Part shown: one piece after another, positions 21,501 through 29,097 of the stretch
Position numbering within the stretch: the stretch's first letter is position 1
Layout of the letters: every line of letters starts with the position of its first letter
Source: a virus
Lineage: Duplodnaviria; Caudoviricetes
DNA length: 53,482 nucleotides
Reading direction: 5' to 3' (one strand)
IMG/VR virus record: IMGVR_UViG_3300030117_002594
Coordinates: 1-53,482 of that record
Notes under the pieces: model-generated
Database searches by the model: none
What the model was told of the DNA's origin: nothing
What the model saw: only the letters and a program-made list of their open reading frames with translations
Position numbers and translations under genes: made by a program

Positions 21501-23050
21501 CATTAATTGGTGATAGTGATGGTGATAAAGCAAGTGGCATTATATGGCCTAATCAAAATGCTGTAAAAGAATTAGAGTCTTTACTTAAAGAACCTAGTGC
21601 AAAAACATTAATGGATATATCTGCAGACCTTAGCGTATTTGAGCCAATAGAAAAAACAAGTCCAGCAAGTTATACTGGATTTGTAGATACAATGCTTAGT
21701 GTTGTTAAGAATTTTAATGGTATGGGAATAATTACAAACCTTAAAACTGTTGCTAGCGTATTAGAGTTAAAGGTAGGTGATGGTATTATTGAGTTATCTG
21801 ATGGTACTGAAATACAAGTTATTAAAGCATTAGACCAAGTAGTTATGGATTATGCTCCATTAAAAGCTTCTATAAAAGATAGTGACCTACCTTCTTTTGC
21901 AAGAATAGTTAATAGAGATGGCTCTACTTACGATGGTAAAGGTGATAAATATATGCAAACTATAGCAGCACATGAAAGATTGTTGCTTTTAAATGCATCT
22001 ACTGATAACACCAAAGAACATTTGATAACTAAAAAATGGAATATTAACATGGAAACTATTGCATCGGTAGTTTTTAAAAGAGTTGATGGCAAAAATTTTA
22101 AAGGTATACAAGTAAAGCTGCTAGGAAATTTATTAAAGTTCTTTAACAATAGTCCTACTAGAAATGGTTTAGATAAAGAAACTAGACAGAATTTAACTTC
22201 AGAAAATTTTTATTTAAGGTCAAAAGAAATGTATAATTTTTTAAATATGAATGAAGCAGATAAGTTTGTAAAAGTAAAATCTTTTATAGATAGTAATGCA
22301 GGCAAATCAAAACTTAGCATTAAATCTATGCCTATTAGTAATGAACAAACTGTAGAAGAAATGCTTATATCAAGACCTTATGAAAAATTTGCACAAGATA
22401 CTGTAAGAGCAAATGAAAGTACTACTCGTAAATCTTGGGGAGAAGGGTTTGCTAGTCCAGTGGAATTTAGCGAAGTGTTTCAAAAGAATGTTAATATACA
22501 TGCTATAAATGGTTTTGAATCTACAATATCTGATTTTAAAGTAGATTCTTTAGCAACTAAAATTAGAGCATATGTTGAAAAAAATAATTTAATAAATGAA
22601 AATACTAGAGATGCATTAGAAGCTGCACAAGATTTTCTTAATGTTTTTGAAACAGAATTTAGATTAGCATTAGGTAGAGCATTAAAAGATAGACAAGGTG
22701 AAGAAGCAAATAATCCTACATTAAAAATCTATGAATATAGTGAAGAAATGTTTAACTTTATACAACAATTTAAAGACCCATATAATACATTGCTAGAACA
22801 ACATGGAGAAGTTTTTGCTATACATGTTACTTGGAAAATGTTTACAGGAATAGGTCAGATTAGATATACAAGATTGTATTATCCTAGTGTATTTGTGCAT
22901 CCAGCAACTTTTAAAATGTTTATGGAATCTTACGAAACATTACACCAGGCTTATAATAAAGATACAGGGCAAGATATTTTATCTAGTGAAGTATCAAAAG
23001 AAACATCTAAAATTAGGGTTAAAGACGACCCATTTTTAAATTGCAGATAG
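18560..23050 (+). CDS. Virion-associated single-subunit DPBB RNA polymerase (crAss vRNAP/YonO/QDE-1-like)
   Basis: Ordered motifs DDGQ, K..K (KEVKT, GEYKS), VRQP (R946), GDSDGD (D985-D989, nt 21509-21526), GMGIITN, LNASTDNTK; located among ejection genes. Confidence 0.8.
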   Translation: MGQKMICPVSIEESYRISKPIFNSVYNKFVEKYSDKKDDFDTIGYMHQMYSKEEGLIGELFSMWIKEHYGDNVYQNTVMLKPNITDKEGPEFQELYSIISDNIIDLYDDQIIATEQESNEGDDVTYDGNEESNSKDVNLKYNKEYFKNRLFSAINAEVSDKELIGIFNNARENTFTDFIKYVSENFDAAKKAGVVNLENDLNLNEQHFDIIPNIQTLQKLYYVWQFNRPENRTMLLQKDGKNKSKAKKFYVITNYDGKNIKLPNEQYMIVKPLIDLRTKRKLSPYAPVSFLDESKATLPYGSKIGEKTAYISLKDMVTMKRVKRGDRKGEWYAESAHGNYSESKLNDWLKIMLRQENLTMATIRGGNSGTVLLTYVDKFYYDIMFPPETIKSLLPKMPMSFKRRLSLDKPNNFMQDYRDYENFVLKKLQGEGVKKFADLVSDFNQLYDLQQKLSIVNFIKYLNKELELGNIDNKAMQFFKDNIKDLPVEDTINEVTKMNQSYLHMGEYLASIIARHEWLKAARGNKYALNENLENIFNRVRLSASEGLVDLDSGDRKVLIYDQNKVYYVDTDSGNKIDAQTAIEGMTDIDNDDGQFHATTDDINRIASNSGRRALLNYERDPKEVKTVSYVLEQNKELNEDGTQAEDNMGEYKSMLFIAEPNFQVVEKDTDKVILTTSKDVNGNVTITAGPATNIPGQSIDRFGSLNVLKTSQGTHNVVGTHNIVDIPASATRTIILPATKSKTDAALGGTWANSFNVNNSTFNSIRKLLNKEFKSIMDTSLNKLHKIRSNPDYARKLLRYQTKVRDDATTEVKKMYEMTGGKGIYHPMFWSIFSKSLYNTYVLDDGLKLKVTIDRSNPSKVSQGMSTSLIMKGDMKGRIAMKDGQPEGVIVGVGNTRYLAYLSDRYLQSVDEDTANKFRAFELEDKVTALNNFLPNNPDKLGIVRQPVQSPGGYIFRNVLSVDMDAGDVIIMHTEDVAKALIGDSDGDKASGIIWPNQNAVKELESLLKEPSAKTLMDISADLSVFEPIEKTSPASYTGFVDTMLSVVKNFNGMGIITNLKTVASVLELKVGDGIIELSDGTEIQVIKALDQVVMDYAPLKASIKDSDLPSFARIVNRDGSTYDGKGDKYMQTIAAHERLLLLNASTDNTKEHLITKKWNINMETIASVVFKRVDGKNFKGIQVKLLGNLLKFFNNSPTRNGLDKETRQNLTSENFYLRSKEMYNFLNMNEADKFVKVKSFIDSNAGKSKLSIKSMPISNEQTVEEMLISRPYEKFAQDTVRANESTTRKSWGEGFASPVEFSEVFQKNVNIHAINGFESTISDFKVDSLATKIRAYVEKNNLINENTRDALEAAQDFLNVFETEFRLALGRALKDRQGEEANNPTLKIYEYSEEMFNFIQQFKDPYNTLLEQHGEVFAIHVTWKMFTGIGQIRYTRLYYPSVFVHPATFKMFMESYETLHQAYNKDTGQDILSSEVSKETSKIRVKDDPFLNCR

Positions 23051-23060
23051 GGAGATAATT

Positions 23061-26000
23061 TTGGCTAAAAAGAATAAAGTAACTAACTGTTTTCCTTTTT
23101 CTAAAGGTGATGAGAATGCAGTCAATAACGACAGTCAATTAAGACAAAGAATTGATAGTGCATTAAATAACTTTATGAGAAATGAATATGGTCATGTTTT
23201 TCCAGGAAGTAGAATAAGGTTACAGGAAGAATTAAAAGCAGTAGTTAAACGTAAAAAAGATATAAAAGATAAATTAAAAAGAAAAACTACACCTGCTAAA
23301 GATAAACCTTTATTAAAACAACAATTAAAAAAAGCAATAAATTTACAAGGTAATTTATATCAAGATATTAAAGATTTTAACACTAAGAAAAAAATAGCAG
23401 ATAAGTTTATTGATTTAATTAGAACTGATTTAACTAAAAGTTTACAAGATAGTTATAGTGTATTAGATGTAGAAAAAGTTGGCCTTGCAATGAAAGAGGC
23501 TATGCAGTTTAAAACTGATGTTAGGTTTAGGCAGATAACAGATTTAAATCTTCTTGATATAAACTTATTGTATAATACTTATAAAAGTTGGTTTGACAAA
23601 AGAAATGCAGGCTTAGATTATAAGCGTTATAAAGGCATGGGTAAAAGAGACTGGAGTATGAAAGACTCTATGTTTGTTATATTGCATAACGACAAATCTC
23701 TCAAAGGTGTTTCTTTATTAAAAGATATACATGATTCATTAAATAAAAAATCTACAAAGAAAATTTACTTTAATAGAAAGTATGGTGAAAATAGACAAAA
23801 CCTAAATGATTTTGTTTATGCTTTTAACATTGCATATTTTCCAAATGAAGATGTACAGCCAGTAGATAAAAATAATTTAACTCCTTTTGAGCAAATGACT
23901 AGTATAAAAAATTTGCATGAATTAGAAGCGGATTTAATGGATGGTAGAACTAAGTACATAGTACCTCAACCTATAGGCGACCTTATTAAAAGGTCTAAAA
24001 CTTTAAAAGGTAAAGATAGTAATGCTCTTGAAAGATACAATAAAATAGTAACGTATGCTATTAATAGTGGATTTCATATTAGTAAAGACATACATGAGCA
24101 TAGAGTTGGTAATGAAGTATATTATTATGTTACAATGAAAACTACTGATAAAAATGGTGTAGAAAAGTATGAAGCATTTTTAGTTCCTCATACTATAGAC
24201 CCTGATACAAATAGAACTACTCTTATATATCCCAAAACTAAAGGAAATAAATTAAATGGTAAATGGGTAGCTGCTGTTAAAAAGCATCAGAATAATAAAG
24301 TTGATTTAGTTGATACTATGACAGAGGGATTTAGGCAGGCTCAGGAAGAAAAAATATTTAATGGCTTTAATAAAAACAATGAAGAAATAAGAGTTAAAGG
24401 TTACTCTCAATATACTAAATTAGATTTAACTTTAGACCATCCAATGTTTAAAAAGTCACGTATATTCCCAGGCTTACAAGGAACGTCAAACGTAAATATG
24501 TGGAGTACTATAAAAGAAATGAGAGAGTTATACGCTGAAGTTTTTGATTGGTTCCAAAAAAGCAACCTAGAAAACCATTTAGGTTTACAGGAAGGTTTAA
24601 AACAGTTACCAAAATTAAAGAAAAGATATATGGATAAATACAATATGACAGAAGAGGCTGCTAATGAGGCTGTTCAAAATATAGCAGATGCTTTAAAGTT
24701 AGAAGATATATTGTATATAGATGAACAAGATAATATTAAGACTGTATTAAGTCCACATATGCTTAATTATTCTACAGGAATAAAAGAAAACTATTATCCT
24801 AACATGTACACTTTTAATGATAATATGGCTGACCTTGTAAAAAGTTTAGAAGGTATAGAAGATGAAATTACTAGACTAGAAGAGCAGATAGGGCAAAAGC
24901 AATATTTATATGATAATGCTGATAACCAAAAAGACAAAAGAAAATTAGGTAGTCAACTGTTATCATTGAAAAAAAGATATAATATTTATAATGGTACAGA
25001 TGATACACCTGGTTTGCTTGAAATTGAAATTGAAAAAATTGAATTAATGCTTGGTTTAAAACAAGAGAATGAAGTAAAAAAAATACCTACACAGCAAATG
25101 TCACCTTATATTAAGCACAGAAAATTGTATACTAATAGATTAAAGGACCCAGACCCTTCTGTATTGTATGGTGGTAGAAGAAGTGACCCAGCAGTTTTTA
25201 CAGATTATGTTGAAAGCATGGTTAATACAACTTACAATAATGAGTTGAATACATCTTCAATAAATAACTTGCAATTTACAGAGCCTTTTATAACTGAGTA
25301 TTTGCTAGAAGAAATAAAAACAGCATTAGGTAGAATAGATGTTCAAGCAATGGGTCCTGTAATGGCTTTAGGTTTAGCACCAGTTCCTTATTATGTTGAT
25401 TATTCTAATCAAAAAATAGTAGATGGCATAAATAATTTTTTAGGAGAAGATTCTAAGATTACTATAGAACAATTACAAAAAGCATCTTCTAGATTTAATT
25501 CTTTTCTTTCAGCTAATACTTTAGGTATAAATGTAAGTCTTGCTAATAATATGCAAGGACATATGGGTGCTATTATAAAAACAGGTATGCAAGGTGAAGA
25601 GCAAGTTAGAAGAATTTTAGAGGACGAAGCACTAACAAATGAAATAGTAGATGCATCAGGTGTTTTAGATACTGTTACTTCTGTAGCAGATGTTTTTTTA
25701 GCTACTCACACTGGTAAATTAAATCTTGCTGATGGGTTTGTTGCTCAAAAAGATATAGCATTATATAAACTTGCTAAAACTGATTTTATGAAAAGAGCTG
25801 CTAATTCATCTATCGGTATACTATTTACAAATCAACTTATAAAAGATAATGTAGACCTTACAAAAGATGAGGTAGGACCTATATTAAAAAATTTATTAGA
25901 AGGTAGTTGGGAAGCAGTAAATGGAATTGCTAAAGGAACTATTAGCGATAAATGGTTAGATGCAATAAGAAAAAAAATGGGTGACCAAGGAAGTGATACA

Positions 26001-26942
26001 GCTTTAAGAATATTTGTAACATGGGGAATGTCAGCATACGGTATTACAGACCAGTTTACAGAGGCAAAAGAATTAGAATCTTATTTAGGTATGATAAAAG
26101 GTGAGATACGTATGAGAAGAAACACTTTGTTAAGAGGTGTTGTTATGTACGCTGATTATGTAGAGCCTGAGTTAAAAGGTAATTACACACATCCTAGAGC
26201 AATAGAAGCAGGTCGTGCATTAGTTACTACTACTATGTTTAATTTTAGTTTACAAAACTTTCCTAAGATGTTTAGAGGAGCAGCAGGTCAAACCATATGG
26301 AAGTTTAAAACTTATCCTTATTTACAGGCTCATGCAGAATATCAAACAGTCGATAATTTTTTTAAATCTTTAAAAGGATTACCTCCAGCAAGAAGAGCGC
26401 AAGAATGGCGTAAAGCTCTTATTCCTGACAATAATTTTATAGGTAATTTATTAGGTTACGATGCAGATGATGTTAATGCTTTTAATAAATCTCTTTTTAC
26501 AAAAATGCTTAATCCAGATGTTGATACAAGCGGTAAAAGAGGTGCTACTGCTCAATTCTCAAGATATATATGGTCTAGAGTATTAGTTTCTATGTTTCAC
26601 GTAGCATTTGAACAGTTTAATGTTGTAAGAAAAATGAAGCAGATTCAAAGAGCATTAGGAATGGGTAGTCCAGATGCAATGATTAGAGGTGGAGAAGGAG
26701 TTTTATCTTCTACAGTACTTAGAACATTAAAGTTAACACTAGCAACAATAGGTTTATATGCAATAGATGAAGATGAGGAAGATGAATTAATAAACCAATT
26801 TTTAAGAATAGGAACTCCGCTTTTACTTAATGTTGCTATAGAAACAATTAAAACTGGAGACCCTACTAAAGGTGCTAGATTAGTTGCTAATGTTTATTAT
26901 AAAGTTTTTAATGCTTTAGGTCTGATACCTGAATTTGATTAG
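23061..26942 (+). CDS. Large ejection protein C
   Basis: TTG start after GGGAGA; 1293 aa; C-terminal 'TTMFNFSLQNFPKMFRG..GQTIWKFKTYP' resembles podoviral large internal proteins; single Cys at residue 10. Confidence 0.65.
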   Translation: MAKKNKVTNCFPFSKGDENAVNNDSQLRQRIDSALNNFMRNEYGHVFPGSRIRLQEELKAVVKRKKDIKDKLKRKTTPAKDKPLLKQQLKKAINLQGNLYQDIKDFNTKKKIADKFIDLIRTDLTKSLQDSYSVLDVEKVGLAMKEAMQFKTDVRFRQITDLNLLDINLLYNTYKSWFDKRNAGLDYKRYKGMGKRDWSMKDSMFVILHNDKSLKGVSLLKDIHDSLNKKSTKKIYFNRKYGENRQNLNDFVYAFNIAYFPNEDVQPVDKNNLTPFEQMTSIKNLHELEADLMDGRTKYIVPQPIGDLIKRSKTLKGKDSNALERYNKIVTYAINSGFHISKDIHEHRVGNEVYYYVTMKTTDKNGVEKYEAFLVPHTIDPDTNRTTLIYPKTKGNKLNGKWVAAVKKHQNNKVDLVDTMTEGFRQAQEEKIFNGFNKNNEEIRVKGYSQYTKLDLTLDHPMFKKSRIFPGLQGTSNVNMWSTIKEMRELYAEVFDWFQKSNLENHLGLQEGLKQLPKLKKRYMDKYNMTEEAANEAVQNIADALKLEDILYIDEQDNIKTVLSPHMLNYSTGIKENYYPNMYTFNDNMADLVKSLEGIEDEITRLEEQIGQKQYLYDNADNQKDKRKLGSQLLSLKKRYNIYNGTDDTPGLLEIEIEKIELMLGLKQENEVKKIPTQQMSPYIKHRKLYTNRLKDPDPSVLYGGRRSDPAVFTDYVESMVNTTYNNELNTSSINNLQFTEPFITEYLLEEIKTALGRIDVQAMGPVMALGLAPVPYYVDYSNQKIVDGINNFLGEDSKITIEQLQKASSRFNSFLSANTLGINVSLANNMQGHMGAIIKTGMQGEEQVRRILEDEALTNEIVDASGVLDTVTSVADVFLATHTGKLNLADGFVAQKDIALYKLAKTDFMKRAANSSIGILFTNQLIKDNVDLTKDEVGPILKNLLEGSWEAVNGIAKGTISDKWLDAIRKKMGDQGSDTALRIFVTWGMSAYGITDQFTEAKELESYLGMIKGEIRMRRNTLLRGVVMYADYVEPELKGNYTHPRAIEAGRALVTTTMFNFSLQNFPKMFRGAAGQTIWKFKTYPYLQAHAEYQTVDNFFKSLKGLPPARRAQEWRKALIPDNNFIGNLLGYDADDVNAFNKSLFTKMLNPDVDTSGKRGATAQFSRYIWSRVLVSMFHVAFEQFNVVRKMKQIQRALGMGSPDAMIRGGEGVLSSTVLRTLKLTLATIGLYAIDEDEEDELINQFLRIGTPLLLNVAIETIKTGDPTKGARLVANVYYKVFNALGLIPEFD

Positions 26943-27040
26943 TCAGTAGTGTGTGTGTCAAGGTTTTTTATAAGGTCTTGCACCTTGTCTCTGATGTCAA
27001 TTAGTTCCTGTATGGTTGATTCTTTTTTTTCTTTTTCCAA
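26939..27040 (-). CDS. 33-aa hypothetical peptide (not in ORF track)
   Basis: GGAGG then TTG; MEKEKKESTIQELIDIRDKVQDLIKNLDTHTTD*; its stop overlaps the stop of the convergent gene. Confidence 0.55.
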   Translation of the reverse strand: MEKEKKESTIQELIDIRDKVQDLIKNLDTHTTD

Positions 27041-27051
27041 ATTAATACCTC

Positions 27052-27408
27052 CTACTTAATAGTTTTTAGCCATTCAGTAAATTCAATGACTACATATGTT
27101 TTTGAACGATTACGTTTGAACACAACGACTGGTGTTCTTCCATCACAATTATCTTCCGCTTGTTCCAATGCATTCCATATATTCAGTTTTTCTACGTTTT
27201 TACATTCAAAACTATAAGGTATTATTTTTTTAGCAGCAGGAGATAAAACTATATCTTCTCCGCACATTCCCATAGTTTGTGATTTTATATCATCTTCTTC
27301 TAGTTTAGGCAACTTCGTCCATTTTTCTATAAAGATATATCTTAATGCATCTCTTACAAAATTTTGAAGTCTTCTTCCCTTGGCCTTACTAGACTTGACT
27401 GAACCCAT
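27052..27408 (-). CDS. Holliday junction resolvase-like PD-(D/E)XK nuclease
   Basis: SKAKGRRLQ...MG..GEDI...FECKN pattern of phage Hjc-like resolvases. Confidence 0.8.
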   Translation of the reverse strand: MGSVKSSKAKGRRLQNFVRDALRYIFIEKWTKLPKLEEDDIKSQTMGMCGEDIVLSPAAKKIIPYSFECKNVEKLNIWNALEQAEDNCDGRTPVVVFKRNRSKTYVVIEFTEWLKTIK

Positions 27409-27563
27409 TAAAGGCCCAGTCTTTCTTCTATTTTTTTAAGTCTTTTAATTGCAGATTCAAGTCTTTCTTCTAACTCAGAATTACTTACACTTACAACTTT
27501 TTTTACAACTTTTTTTTCTTCTACTGGCGTAGATTCTATCTTTTCTTTTTTTGATGCAGACAT
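27408..27563 (-). CDS. 51-aa coiled-coil protein (not in ORF track)
   Basis: SD GGGAGG; MSASKKEKIESTPVEEKKVVKKVVSVSNSELEERLESAIKRLKKIEERLGL*; TAATG-coupled to the resolvase. Confidence 0.7.
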   Translation of the reverse strand: MSASKKEKIESTPVEEKKVVKKVVSVSNSELEERLESAIKRLKKIEERLGL

Positions 27564-27777
27564 AGCATACCTCCCTTGTTAATCCATAAGTAGGAAAACT
27601 ATCATGGAATATTATTTTATGGTGTCTTGTGTATTTTAATGGTTTTTCCCAAACTTTATTGCACTTAGTACATAATCTTACAGGAAAATGGTCATGTTTA
27701 TGTTCACGTTTTTGAGGAACAAATAATCTTGCCTCTGGAATCCACCAAGGATTTTTATTTTTATAAAACTGGCACAT
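27481..27777 (-). CDS. Zn-finger-like hypothetical protein (probably leaderless)
   Basis: CTKC...CYVC; no SD; TAAATT ends 5 nt before the ATG. Confidence 0.6.
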   Translation of the reverse strand: MCQFYKNKNPWWIPEARLFVPQKREHKHDHFPVRLCTKCNKVWEKPLKYTRHHKIIFHDSFPTYGLTREVCYVCIKKRKDRIYASRRKKSCKKSCKCK

Positions 27778-27782
27778 ATAAT

Positions 27783-27810
27783 AATTTAACCTTTATTTTT
27801 ATTTATTCAA
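27783..27810 (-). promoter_or_regulatory. Sigma70-like promoter TTGAAT-N16-TAAATT
   Basis: Read on the minus strand between a hairpin and ATG 27777. Confidence 0.5.
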
Positions 27811-27823
27811 AGAATTATTTTGT

Positions 27824-27859
27824 AAAGAGGGAGGCAAGAAAGGTATAGAGCCTCCCCCT
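27824..27859 (-). terminator. GC-rich hairpin, probable terminator
   Basis: AGGGGGAGGC-N14-GCCTCCCTCT followed by TT, downstream of the DUF932 gene. Confidence 0.55.
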
Positions 27860-27878
27860 ATTACATACATTAAGAAGA

Positions 27879-28592
27879 CTAAGACATTGCGACTAGTTCT
27901 TTGTGCAACTTAATGTGACTACTCATCATACGAGTAGGAGAACAAGTTTTAAGAGCCTCAGTACCTGCATTATACAGAGACCATAAGCTCTTACCTTTAA
28001 AGTCATCATGAGATGGATTTTTCCATTCTTTTCTCATAATACTTATCTGAGGTGTGTTGATAATACCTTTTCCAAATAACACGCCCATAGTAGACCAAGC
28101 GTCTTGGTTAGATATATCAACTGTTTTCATCGATTCTTTGTCTTCTTGTAATGTAGCAAATTTATCTTCACTATTATACAATACATTAAATATCAATGAG
28201 TTAAGTTCATCAAGTATATTACCTGTATGTTTTCTCATCATAGTAACTTCACCAGTCATCATTAGATTTTCACATACAAATACTTTAGCACCTACACATA
28301 CACCAATAGACATAGATTTGTCGTAACTATTTCTAAAACCAATAGACATACCTATCTCATCTTCTGGATTTTTATATGTAAAAGTACCGAACATATGCTG
28401 TCCTTTTCTAGCAATACCAAATTTCTTAGAATGTAATTCTTTATCAATTACACGCTCTCCTATAGAGCCTACATTCATTGCTAAATCATAGTGACTAACA
28501 GGTACATATGTTTTAGTTGGGTTTGGCATATCTATATCTTTTAAATCATTCATTCTTACTGCATTTGAAGTTATTAAAGTAGCTCCATTCAT
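27879..28592 (-). CDS. DUF932-family protein
   Basis: GFRNSYDKS...GAKVFVCENLM and SLWSLYNAGTE motifs. Confidence 0.8.
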   Translation of the reverse strand: MNGATLITSNAVRMNDLKDIDMPNPTKTYVPVSHYDLAMNVGSIGERVIDKELHSKKFGIARKGQHMFGTFTYKNPEDEIGMSIGFRNSYDKSMSIGVCVGAKVFVCENLMMTGEVTMMRKHTGNILDELNSLIFNVLYNSEDKFATLQEDKESMKTVDISNQDAWSTMGVLFGKGIINTPQISIMRKEWKNPSHDDFKGKSLWSLYNAGTEALKTCSPTRMMSSHIKLHKELVAMS

Positions 28593-29083
28593 TATTTAAT
28601 CCCCCTTACGTATGGTTTTCTTTTAAGTTTAACACCTGACACTTCTTTACCAGCTTTTAAATCAGCAAGTATTTTCTTTTTATCAAGTACTATTGTTAGT
28701 TTTTCCTTATAATATTCTACAGGTATAAGTTTCTCATCTATAATATCTACAGAGCCACTTGACTCAGATACTTTTATAGGATTCAATGCACTGTGTTTAG
28801 GCAATTCTCCAGTATTAGAATACATATCTATAGTATATTGTTTAAGGTTTTCTTGTTGACGTTTGAGAAAATTAATATAACGTTTTGCTTTCTCCATTTG
28901 TTTACCAAAGAGTTGTATTTCTGATTCTATATCTTGATAGAAAAAGTAGATACCATCCTCTTTTTTACTTCTTTCTGCAACAAGTTCATCAATTTTAACC
29001 TGTAAGTCATCATCATTAAAGATTTCATACTCATTAGTTGCTAAAACTAAGTCTCTTGTTATATCACTGAGCTTCCTAGCCAT
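28592..29083 (-). CDS. Siphovirus Gp157-family protein
   Basis: 163 aa coiled coil ending 'VDIIDEKLIPVEYY...LDKKKILADLKAGKEVSGVKL'. Confidence 0.8.
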   Translation of the reverse strand: MARKLSDITRDLVLATNEYEIFNDDDLQVKIDELVAERSKKEDGIYFFYQDIESEIQLFGKQMEKAKRYINFLKRQQENLKQYTIDMYSNTGELPKHSALNPIKVSESSGSVDIIDEKLIPVEYYKEKLTIVLDKKKILADLKAGKEVSGVKLKRKPYVRGIK

Positions 29084-29097
29084 TTTGTTCTCCTTTA

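Noticed and set aside
146-24643. Many minus-strand ORFs of 60-112 aa in the track (e.g. 146..484, 8082..8357, 10074..10403, 15823..16158)
   Set aside because: Antisense shadows of long + strand genes, with no SD and no recognisable motifs.
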